Source: an uncultured delta proteobacterium
Lineage (GTDB): Bacteria; Desulfobacterota; Binatia; UBA9968
DNA: 64,000 bases
NCBI GenBank assembly: GCA_963847445.1
Contig: CAWJZV010000023.1
Span: 96,001-160,000, forward strand
Direction of reading: 5' to 3'
Below, one piece after another: positions 51,980 to 63,406 of the stretch. Position numbers and translations under genes: made by a program. The first letter of the stretch is position 1. Each line of letters starts with the position of its first letter. The notes below the pieces were generated by a model. That model worked only from the letters and a program-made list of their open reading frames with translations. It ran no database searches and was not told where the DNA came from.

Positions 51980-54900
51980 ATGAACATGCCTCGCCACTCG
52001 AAGCCCCACTCTGGCGCCGCGCTGGCCGCTGCCAAGCTGCGTTTACTGGCGCAGCTGCGGGATAAAAATACTGATTCAGGCGCCGGTGGCGCGAGCGCAA
52101 TCACGCCGCGTCCCCGCGGCGCAGCCGTGCCGCTGTCATTCGCTCAGGAGCGCTTGTGGTTTTTGCAGCAGTGGGAGCCGGCCAGTGCGGTTTACAACGT
52201 CGCCCGTGCTTGGCGTCTCAAGGGGGCGCTCGACGTTGCGCTGCTTGACCGTTGCGTGCAGCGTATCGTACAGCGCCATGAAGTTCTGCGCACGGTGTTG
52301 ACCAACGAGAGCGATGGGCCGATGCAGCGGCTCTTGCCGTTGACCGCGCCAGCGCTGCAAATGATAGATTTACGCCACATCGCGCGTCATCGCCGTGACG
52401 AGGAAATCCGCCTGCGGGTTGGCGCCGAAGCCGGCCATTGTTTCAATCTTGCCGCCGAAGCGCTACTGCGCGTTACCCTGCTCCGACTCGATCGCCAAGA
52501 GCATGTTTTCGTTTTTGTCGCGCACCAGGCGGTGTGCGATGGCCGCTCGCTCGATCTGTTTTACCGTGAACTCGAAGCGCTTTACGCCAACGGCGGCGCA
52601 GCCGAAGCCGCGGCCCTCGCCGAGTTGCCGCTGCAGTATGGCGATTATGCGCTTTGGCAGCGCCGGGCGTTCGACGATGCAGCCATGGCGGCGCCACTGG
52701 CCTATTGGAAAAAACAGTTGGGCGGCGTGTTGCCGGTTCTCGATCTGCCGGCGGATAAGCCGCGGGCGGCAGCCGGGAGCTTAAAAGGCGCGCGGCAGAA
52801 AATCATACTCGACCAAGCGCTCACCGCCGGGCTCAAAAAACTTAGCGCCAGGGCATCGAATACGCTGTTCGTCACCTTGATGGCGGCGTTTAACGTCCTG
52901 CTCTGGCGCTATACGCGGCAGGACGATCTCGTTGTTGGTTTCCCGGTGGCCAATCGCGGCCATCCGGCGCTGGAGAATCTCATCGGCTCGTTCGTCAATA
53001 CCCTGGCGCTGCGCAGCGATCTCGCCGGCGATCCGACATTTACCCAACTGCTGGCAAGGCTGCGCGCTAACTTGCAAGAGGCGCTGGCGCATCAGGAGTT
53101 GCCGTTCGAGCGGCTGGTCGATGAGTTGAAGCAAACGCGCGATGCCAACCGCACGGCGATTTTTCAGGCGCTGTTCACGTTTCAAAACCAGTTGCCCGCC
53201 GAGTTGAGCTTGCCTGGCATTCGCAGCGAGGCCATCGACTGCGACAGCGGCGGGGCCAAATACGATCTCAGCCTGGCGTTGGGCGAACGCGACGGCCGGC
53301 TCAGCGGCTTTTTTGAATATCGCAGATCACTATTCGCCGACGACACCATCGCACGCATGCTGCAACATTTCCTCACGCTGCTGAAAGCGATCGTCGCCGA
53401 CCCGGACCGGCCGATCGCGCGTCTGCCGATGATGAATCAACGGCAGCGCCGCCTTTTGCTGGTAGAGTGGAACCAGACGCGCGCGGTTCTACCCAAGGCT
53501 TGTGTGCATCAACTGTTCGAACGCCAAGCGCGGCGCACGCCGAGCGCGCTGGCGCTTGAGTGCGGCCCGGAGCGTTTGACCTACGGCCGACTGAATCGGC
53601 GCGCCAACCGCGTGGCGCGCTATTTAACAAAACTTGGCGTCGGGCGAAACTGCGTCGTCGCCGTATGCCTGGAGCGCTCGGTCGATATGGTCGTTGCCCT
53701 GCTCGCCGTGCTCAAAGCCGGCGCGGCCTATTTACCCCTCGACCCGGAATATCCGAGAGAACGGCTGGATTTTATTTTAGACGACGCCCAGGTGTCGGTG
53801 CTGATTAGCCAGAAGAGTATCGCCGACGATCGAGGATGGAGCATGGATGATAGCGATCCTCGATCCTCAATCCTCCATCCTCGACCCCATCTCATATTAT
53901 TAGATCGTGAGCGACGAAAGATTGAAACCCATAGCAGCGAGAATATTAGGAGCGGGTCTTCACCGCGCGATCTCGCCTACGTAATTTACACTTCGGGATC
54001 GACCGGCCATCCTAAAGGCGTCGAGATCGAACAGCGCTCGTGGGTCAATTGCCTGCTGTCAATGCAGCGCCATCTGAAGATCGCCAAAGCCGATGTCTGG
54101 CTGGCGGTGACGACCGTTTCTTTTGACATCGCCGCGGCGGAAATCTTTCTGCCGTTGATCACCGGCGGGAAATTAGTGGTCGCCAGCCCTGACGAGGCGC
54201 GCGATGGCGAGCGTTTGGCGCAACGATTGAAGAGTTCCGGCGCGACGACGATGCAGGCGACGCCGTCGACTTGGCGTCTGCTGCTCGAAGCCGGCTGGCA
54301 TGGCGATGGCGAGTTCAAGATACTCTGCGGCGGCGAGGCGTTGCCGCGCGCTTTGGCTGATCGCTTGTTGGCTTGCGGCCGGCTGTGGAATCTCTATGGC
54401 CCCACCGAAACAACCATCTGGTCGGCGCTGCATCGCGTCGAGGCTGTCGGCGATACCGTTCCCATCGGCCGGCCCCTGGCGAATACCCAGCTCTATATTC
54501 TTGACGGCGTTAGGCAGCCGGTGCCGATCGGCGTGGTTGGCGAGCTTTACATCGGCGGCGCCGGCGTGGCGCGCGGCTATTTGAATCGGCCGGACTTGAC
54601 CGCGGAACGCTTTATCGCGAATCCCTTTAGCCGTGAACCCGGTGCACGGATTTATCGCACTGGAGACCTGGCTCGGTATCAGATCGACGGCACCGTGGAG
54701 TTCCTTGGCCGCACCGACAACCAGGTGAAGCTGCGCGGTTACCGCATCGAATTGGCCGAGATTGAGAGCGTTCTCCGACTCCATCCAGCGGTGCGGGATG
54801 CGGCAGTCGTCGCCGGGGCCACCGGCGGCGAGGGCGAGAGTGAGTTGGTCGCCTACTTGGTGCCCCGAGACGGCGTGACGTTGGCGGAAAATCAATTGCG

Positions 54901-57900
54901 TGGCTACCTGAGCGGTAAGTTGCCCAACTGCATGGTGCCGGCTGTTTTCATCTCTTTACCAGCCTTGCCGCTGACGCCCAACGGCAAAGTCGACCGCCGG
55001 GCATTGCCTGCTCCGGATGGACCGCGAACCAGCGCGGCACGTGAGATTATCGAGCCGCGCGACGAGATCGAAGAGCTGGTGGCGCAGGTGTGGCGCGAGG
55101 TGTTGAAACTCGACCGGCTCGGCGTGCAGGAAAACTTTTTCCAGCTCGGCGGCCACTCGCTGCTCGCGACCCGCGTGGTGGCGCGCTTGCGTGGCCACTT
55201 TAACGTCGATCTGGCGCTGCGGAAAATCTTTGAACGGCCCACCGTCGCCGGGCTCGCCGAGGAAATTGCCATATTGCGCCGTAATCAGAGCGGGACCGGC
55301 GTGATGCCGATGATGCGAATCGCGCGTGGCGGCAAATTGCCGCTGTCATTTTCCCAGCGCCGTTTGTGGTTCTTGCAAAAACTTGACGGCGATCTCGCTG
55401 CTTACCATATACCGGCGCTATTTCGCATCGACGGCGCTGCTCGATGGTGCGGCGTTGGCGCAGGCGTTGAATCTGGTCACTGCGCGCCACGAGGCGCTGC
55501 GCACCGCCATTAGAGAAGTTGGCGGCGAACCCTGCCAGGAAATTGTCGCGCAGTTAACGATTGCGCTGCCGATCACCGATTTGTCCGGTTTGCCGAATGA
55601 CCAAGCTGGAATCGGAATGGCGTCGGCTGGCAAACCTGGTTCACCTTACGCCCTATGATTTGGCGCGGGCGCCGCTGTGGCGCGCCCAGTTAGTCAAGTT
55701 GGCCGAGCAGGAGCATCTGCTGATCTTGAATTTCCATCACATCATCGCCGATGGCGCTTCGCTGGCGATCTTTTATCGCGAACTTGCATCAAGCTATGAG
55801 GCCTATCGCCGCAAGGAGGTCGCGTCTTTCGCGCCATTGCCGTTGTCCTATGCCGACTACGCCGGTTGGCAGCAGCAGTGGCTAGCCTCACCGGCCTGTG
55901 CTGCCGAGCTGGATTACTGGAAGCGTAATCTCGCCGGTTTGTCGGCGCCGGCATCGATGCCGACGGATTTTCCCCGTCCGGCGGCGCGCAGCTACCGCGG
56001 CGCCAGATCGGTACGGCGCCTGCCTGTGGAACTCAGTGCGGCGCTGAACCGTTTCACCCGCCAACAGGGCGTGACCTCGTTCATGACTTTGCTTGCGGCG
56101 TTCAGCGTTTTGCTTGCGCGGATCGGCGGCCAGACGGATGTTGTTATTGGCTCCACCGTCGCTGGCCGCAACCATGCGGCGATGGAAGGGGTGATCGGTT
56201 TCTTTATCAACGTCCTGCCGCTTCGGCTTCAACTTGGCGACAATCCGACTTTCATTGGCTTGCTGCGCCGAGTTCGCGAAGTTTGCTTGGACGCGTACAG
56301 CAATCAGGAGTTGCCCTTCGAGAAATTGGTCGAAGAGATCAATCCGGCGCGCGCTCCCAGCCGCAATCCGCTGTTCGATATTCTCTTCAATGTCGCCGAC
56401 CTGTCGGAGCGCAAGTTTTCGCTGGCTGGCTGCAAGATCGACAAGATCATGGCAAGCGCCCCCAGCGCCAAATTCGACTTGGTGCTGTCGGCGCCGGAAA
56501 TCGCCGGCAGCGTGGAACTCACGGTGGATTACAATGTCGAACTTTACCGCCCGGAGCGGATCGCTGCCGTGCTCGAACAATTCGAACTGATCCTCGCGCA
56601 AGCGCTGCGCTGTCCTGAGCTGGCGATTGAGGAACTTTCACTAGTTGGCGAAACGGCGCGAGGGTTGCTGCCCGATCCGACGGCGCTACTCGATGACCGC
56701 TGGGAGGGGGCGATCCATGAACTGGTCGCCGCGCAAGCGCGCCATGCGCCGGCAAAAACTGCGCTAGTTCAGGGCGGTGAGAGTTGGAGCTACGCCGAGC
56801 TTGATCAGGCCGCCGGACGGTTTAGCGGCGCGCTCAGGGCCGGCGGCGTGAATGCCGAAGGACGTGGTGGCGATCTACGCTGCGCGCGATGCGTCGTTGG
56901 TCGTGGCCCTGTTGGGAATCCTGCAAACCGGCGCAAGCTTTTTGATTCTCGATCCGGCGTACCCGGCGGCACGCACAATAGATTACCTGAAAATCGCTCG
57001 GCCTAGGGCTTGGATCAAACTCGGCGGTCGCGGGCGAACTCGCGGTGGAATTGGCCGACTGTCTCAAAGCGTTGGACGTCTAAGTTTCACATGACTCTTG
57101 CGCGCGGCAAAGCCGCGATTGCCGCAGCGCTGACGCATAGCGAGAACGGCCGTATCTCAGTGCCGGTAGCGGCGCAGGATCCAGCCTATATCGCCTTTAC
57201 ATCCGGCTCCAGCGGAGAACCCAAAGCCGTTCTCTGCGGTCATGGGCCGATGACGCATTTTTTGCCCTGGCAGCGGGACGCTTTCGAGTTGCGCGGGAGC
57301 GATCGCTTCGCCATGCTCTCCGGCCTGGCCTACAGTCATCTGCATCGCGACCTGTTTACCGCGCTGGCGCTCGGCGCGACGCTTTACATTCCTGACGATC
57401 GCACCGCCCGGGCGCCGGACTTACTGGCAAACTGGTTGGACGATAATCGCATCACGGTTCTGCATCTCACGCCGGCGTTAGGACAGTTGCTTTTAGCCGG
57501 CGGCCAGTGCTCGTTGCCGGCGGTGCGCCGGATTTTTTTCGGCGGCGATGTCTTGACCAGCGAAGAGGTGCGGCGCATGCATCGCTTGGCGCCAAAGGCG
57601 GTGATCGGCAGTTTTTACGGCGCCACCGAGAGCCAGCGCGCCGTCGGCTATTACGAGATTGGCGGCGAGTTGCTCGACGCCGCTGACCATTCATCGCGGC
57701 CGGTGCCGTTGGGGCGCGGTATCAAGGATGTGCAGCTACTGGTTCTGAACAAGCGCCGGCAGCTTTGCGGCATCGGCGAGTTGGGCGAACTTTATGTGCG
57801 CAGCCCGCATTTGGCGTTGGGCTATGTCAACGACGACCAGCGCAGCGCGGAAATGTTTATCGTCAATCCATTCACCGGAAACGGACGTGACCGGCTCTAT

Positions 57901-58626
57901 CGTACCGGCGAACTCGGCCGCTATCGGCCCGACGGCAACGTCGACTGGGCCGGCCGTTCCGACCGGCGCGTCAACATCCGTGGCTTCCGCGTCGAGCTGG
58001 CGGAAGTCGAAACGGCGCTCAAACAACATTCGACGGTGCTCGACGCAGTGGTGATCGCAAGAGACTTCCCAACTCCTGAATCCGACAATCCAAAACCAAA
58101 AAGCGGCCCCGCGGACCAAAATCCAAAATTCGATAAGCGGTTAGTCGCTTACGTCGTCGCCAGCGAAGCAGGGGAAAGCGAGATCGAGGTTTTACGTTCC
58201 TATCTTGCCGCCAAGCTGCCGGACTACATGGTGCCGGGTTATTTCGTCCTTCTCGACCGGCTGCCCCTGGGGCCCAATGGCAAGCTCGACCACGATGCGT
58301 TGCCGCCTGTGATGCAATCCTGCGCCGAGTCGAGCACTGCGGCGCTCGCGCCGCGTTCTGAGGTCGAAGCCAAGTTGTGCGAGATATTTTCCGAGGTATT
58401 GGGCCGGGAGCGGATTGGCGTCGACGATAATTTCTTTCGCCTCGGCGGCCATTCTTTGCTCGCCGCGCAAGTCGCGCTGCGGATTAAAAATGGCTTCGGC
58501 GTCGGCCTCGAGTTGCGCGCCTTTCTGGCGGCGCCGACGGTGGCGGCGTTGGCGCGCTCGCTAGGCAATTTGACTGTTAACCCGGTGCCGGCTGGCGGCG
58601 GCGAGCGCGAGGAGATCGAGCTATAG
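51980..58626 (+). CDS. NRPS C-A(Gly)-T-C-A(Lys2-like)-T (about four frameshifts)
   Basis: C motifs HQAVCDG and HHIIADG; A motifs YTSGSTGHPKG and FTSGSSGEPK; two LGGHSL carriers; C-terminal EREEIEL docking motif. Confidence 0.87.
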
Positions 58627-61600
58627 ATACCGGGAACTTTATCGCGCAGTTGCGTGCGCTCGATATCGCGATATGCGCCGATGGCGATAAGTTGCGCATC
58701 AACGCGCCCAAGGGCGCGCTGACCGGTGAGCTGCGCGCAGCCATCGCCGCCGGTAAAGCCGAACTGCTGGCGATGCTTCGCGCCGGCGCTGCGATCGCGG
58801 CGCGCTCCATTGCGCCTCGCGGGATCGGCGAGGGCGCGCCTTTGTCTTTGGCCCAAGAGCGCCTGTGGTTCTTGGCGCAACTGGCGCCGGAAAGTTCCGT
58901 TTACAACTTATGTCGCGGGTTCCGCCTACGCGGTCCGCTCCATCGCCAGGCTCTCGCCGCGAGTCTCGACGAGATAGTCCGGCGTCATGAAGTGCTGCGT
59001 TCGAAGTTTTGCACGATCGATGGCAGACCGATGCAAGTTCCGGTTGCCGGCGCCGGGAGGTTGCTGCGGGTAACAGATCTGCGCCGGCTGTCCGGCATCC
59101 GACGTGAGAATGATCTGCGCCGGCGCATTATGCTGGAAGCGGAAACTCCATTCGATCTGGCGGTGGGGCGACTGCTGCGCGCGCGCTTACTGCAAGTCGA
59201 CGACGCCGAGCATGTTTTGCTTCTAACCACCCATCACCTTGTCGCCGATGCTTGGTCCATGGGCATTCTCGTCGGCGAACTTTGGCAGCTTTACCGCGCC
59301 TTCGTCGCCGGACAAGCGTCACCCTTGGCCGAATTGCCGATTCAATATGGCGACTTTGCCATTTGGCAGCGCCGCCGTATGGAGACGGCGCCGCTTCAGG
59401 AACAGCTTCGGTACTGGCGTAAACAGTTGGATGGCGTGGCAGCCCTCGATCTGCCCACCGACCGGTCCCGGCCGGTGCGGCAAAGTTTTCGCGGCCGACG
59501 CTACCCGTTGAATTTTTCACCATCGTTAACGGCGTCGCTCAATCGCTTGGCTGCGCAGGAGAACGCGACGCCGTTCATGGTGCTGTTGGCGTCGTTTCAG
59601 CTCCTGCTGCATCGTTACTCGGGCCAGGACGATATCGTTGTCGGTTCGGCGGTTAGCGATCGGCCGTGCGCCGAATGCGAGGGGCTGATAGGTTTTTTCG
59701 TCAACACTTTGATTCTGCGCGGTGATCTGAGCGGCCAGCCGAGCTTTCGCGACTATTTGCGGCGGCTGCGCGAAGTATGTCTCGATGCTTACGCGCACCA
59801 GGATATCCCGTTTGAGAAACTGGTCGAAGAATTCAAGCCGCGCCGGGAGTTCCATCGCCAGCCGTTGTTTCAAGCTTTCTTTGTTTTGCAGAACACGCCG
59901 AATCGTTGGGTGGTGCCGGATGGAATCGATGTCGAGCCACTGGAAGTGGAGAACGCCACGGCGCAGTACGATCTGTCGCTTTACCTGCGCGAGCGCGGCG
60001 GCCGGCTGCTCGGTTATTTCGAGTACGCCAGCGATCTGTTCGACGCCGCGACCATCGAGCGCCTGGCTGGACATTTTGAAATTCTCTTGACCGACATCGC
60101 CGCCAATCCTGCTCAAACCATCGCTTCCTTGGCCATGCTCAGTGAAAACGAGCGGCGGCGGATGTTAGTCGAATGGAACGACAGTGCGGCGGCTTATCCG
60201 AGCCAAAGCTGCATTCACGAGCTGTTCGAGGCCCAAGTCGCGCGCACGCCGGACGGCGTTGCCATAGAGTTCCAATCGTCAACGTTGACCTTCGCCGAAC
60301 TCAATCGGCGTGCCAACAGGGTGGCGCATTTTTTACGCGGTCGTGGCGTTGGCGCCGACGGGCGCGTCGGGCTTGCTGGTTGCGCGTTCGCTCGAGATGA
60401 TTGTTGGCCTGCTCGGGATTCTCAAGGCCGGCGCTGCTTATGTGCCGCTCGACCCCAGTTATCCGGCGGCACGTTTGGATTTCATGGTCGTCGACGCTGA
60501 GATCGAACTTTTGCTCACCCAGCGAAAGCTCGCCGGCACAATTTCCCCGGCAGATATTTCGCTGGTTTGTCTCGACGATGCCGATCTATTCGCCGGCCAG
60601 AGTCACGAGAATCCCACGGGACTGTCCAGCGCGGCAAGCGCCGCTTATGTCATCTACACTTCAGGTTCCACTGGGTTTCCTAAAGGCGTGGTCGGGCTTC
60701 ATCGCGGCGCGGTGAATCGTTGCGCCTGGATGTGGCGGCGTTATCCGTTTCGCCGCGGCGAAGTTTGTTGCAGCAAGACTTCGTTGAGCTTTCGTCGATT
60801 CGGTGTGGGAAATCTTTGGACCACTGCTGCAAGGTTTTCCTCTGGCGATCGCCGACGATGACACGGCCCATGATCCGCATGCGCTGATCGAGTTTCTTGC
60901 CCATCGGCGGGTGAGCCGGATTGTCTTGGTGCCATCGCTGCTAAAGGCCTTTCTTGATGATGGCGCCGACCTGGCGGTTAAGTTGCCGCGGCTAAAACTA
61001 TGGACCAGCAGCGGCGAGACGCTGACCGTCGAACTTGCACAACGGTTTCGCAAAAATCTTCCTGGGGCGCTTTTGCTCAATCTCTACGGTTCCTCGGAAG
61101 TCGCCGCCGACGCAAGCTATTTTGAATATGACGGTGGGGCTTCAGGGAAGACGGTGGCGATTGGCCGGCCGATCTCGAACAGCATGGTTTATCTTCTGGA
61201 TGCGCAGCGCCGGCCCGTGCCGGTCGGCGTCATCGGCGAACTGTATGTCGGCGGTGACGGCTTGGCGCGGGGCTATTGGCGCCGGCCGGAACTGACCGCG
61301 GAAAAATTCGTCGTCAATCCCTTCAGCGCCGATCCGGGCTCCCGGCTGTTTCGCACCGGCGACTTGGCGCGTTACCGCGCCGATGGCAATCTCGAGTATC
61401 TTGGCCGCGCCGATAACCAAATCAAAATCGCCGGCCAGCGCGTTGAACTGAGCGAGATCGAAGCTGCGCTGCGCAGGCATCCAAGGATCGACGACTGCGT
61501 TGTGAACTTGGCGGACCATGACAACGGCGCGATCGGAAATGCGCCATTGGCGAATTCCTTGGTGGCGTACCTTGTATCACCAACGCCGCCGACCGACCGC

Positions 61601-63406
61601 GAGCTGCGCGAGTATCTCCAGCAAAAGCTGCCGGCTTGCATGCTACCGGCTGGGTTTGTTCGCTTGGAGCGCCTACCGCTTCTGCCCAACGGCAAATTGG
61701 ATCGATGCGCGCTGCCGGAGCTCGCAGGCGCGCCAGTGAAGGCTGAATCGAAGCTGGTGGGGCCGCGCAGCAAAACCGAAGAGAAAGTTGCCGCGATCTG
61801 GCGCGAGGCGCTGGGTTTAGACTGGATTGGCGTCGACGATGACTTCTTCGAACTCGGTGGCCATTCGATATTGGCGATGCAAATGGTCGCGCGGTTGCGC
61901 GCGGCATTCGGCGCCGAGTTCTCCGTGCGCGAGTTTTTCGCTGCGCCGACGGTCGCCGGCGTCGCTGCTCGGATAAAAAAAGGCGCGCGCGCGGCGCTAC
62001 CGCCAATCCTGCCCCCGATCCTGCCATTGCCTAATGCCGGTGCGTTACCGGTGTCATCGGCGCAGGATCTTTTCTGGCGCATGGACAACTTGTTGTCGGG
62101 AGCGGATTTTTTGAATCTCCCCTACGGCTACCGGCTCAGCGGGCGATTGAACCAGGCGGCGCTGGAGCGCGCCGTCGAGGCGATCACGGCGCGCCATGGA
62201 GTGTTGCGCACGGTCTTCAGAGCGCGCCGCGGCCAGCTTGTTCAAGTCGTCCGGCGCCAACTGCGGCTGCCGCTCAAACGATTCGATTTGGCCTCCAAGC
62301 CAGAACCCATGCGCCACGCCGAGCTTGAGCGACTCTCCCACGCCGACGCGACGGCAATCTTCGACCTGGAAAAGGGGCCACCGTTCCGGGTGACGTTAAT
62401 TCGATTGGCCGCGGCCGAACATGTCTTGCTCGTGACGATGCATCATATTATCGCCGATCAATGGTCGATGCGGTTGTTTCGCAGCGAGCTTGTGATGTTT
62501 TACAGAGCCTTTGCTCAAGGTAAGTCCGCGACGGTGGCGGCGTTGCCGTATCAATTTGCCGATTTTAGCCAATGGCAACGGCGACTGTTGGACACCGGCG
62601 GATTTGACGATCAACTCAACTTTTGGCAGAAGCAGTTGGCCGGTCCGTTGCCAAGGATCGATTTTTCGTCGGTCTGCAAACCGCGAAAAAAATTGACGCT
62701 GCGGTCCGGACGGCTGTCGATGGATATAAGCGCGGCGGTGAGCGCGGCAATTCACAAATTGGCGCGCCGGCAGAGAACCACACCGTTTGTGGTCCTGGTT
62801 GCGGCGTTAAACTTTTGGCTCCACCGCTTGACCGGCTGCCGCGATCTTCGCATCGGAACGTTGGTGGCAAATCGCCACCAGCCTCATACGGAGAGTCTGA
62901 TCGGCTACTTCGTCAATGCGGTGGTGTTGCGAACCCGGGTGGCGCCGCGGATGTCGTTCGTCGATCTTTTGCAACAGACCCGATCCGTGGCGCAGGAAGC
63001 CTTTGCCCATCAGGATCTGCCCATCGCGGAGCTGAGCCGTATCCTGCAGAGAGCAGGCGCTGAGCAAACAAACCTATACCCGGTTATGGTGAATTACCGG
63101 CGCTTGATCGATGAGCCTGAGGATGTCGCTGGTTTGACATTTGCTCACTGGTCCAAGGGTGGGGATCGGGCGGCGGCCCCGGAGGTGGCACTTACCTCGG
63201 CAGAGCTGAGTTTCGAGTTTCGCGAGCTGGCAACAAAGTTGACCGTGAGTGTCAACTATCGTTGCAGTTTGTTCGATGACCGTTACGCCCGGCAGTTGCT
63301 CGATGGATTCATGGCGGTGCTCGGTGCCGCCGTGGAGCGGCCTGAAGGCGATATAGCGAATTTTCAGATCGTGTCTGACGGCTTACAATCGAGGAGGTTG
63401 CAATGA
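58623..63406 (+). CDS. NRPS TubC_N docking-C-A(beta-Ala-like)-T-C (frameshifts near 60375 and 60790)
   Basis: ADGDKLRINAPKGAL docking domain; HHLVADA; SFVDSVWE/NLYGSSEVAAD; LGGHSI; terminal HHIIADQ; no TE domain. Confidence 0.87.

Noticed and set aside
61996-62032. LPPILPPILPLP micro-duplication in an NRPS linker
   Set aside because: It is a 12-bp slippage duplication in an interdomain linker and is unremarkable.
441-63406. About 20 frameshifted genes read as pseudogenes or programmed frameshifts
   Set aside because: They are scattered single-base indels without in-frame stops, truncations or slippery-site patterns. Long-read consensus error is the best explanation, though it cannot be proven without reads.
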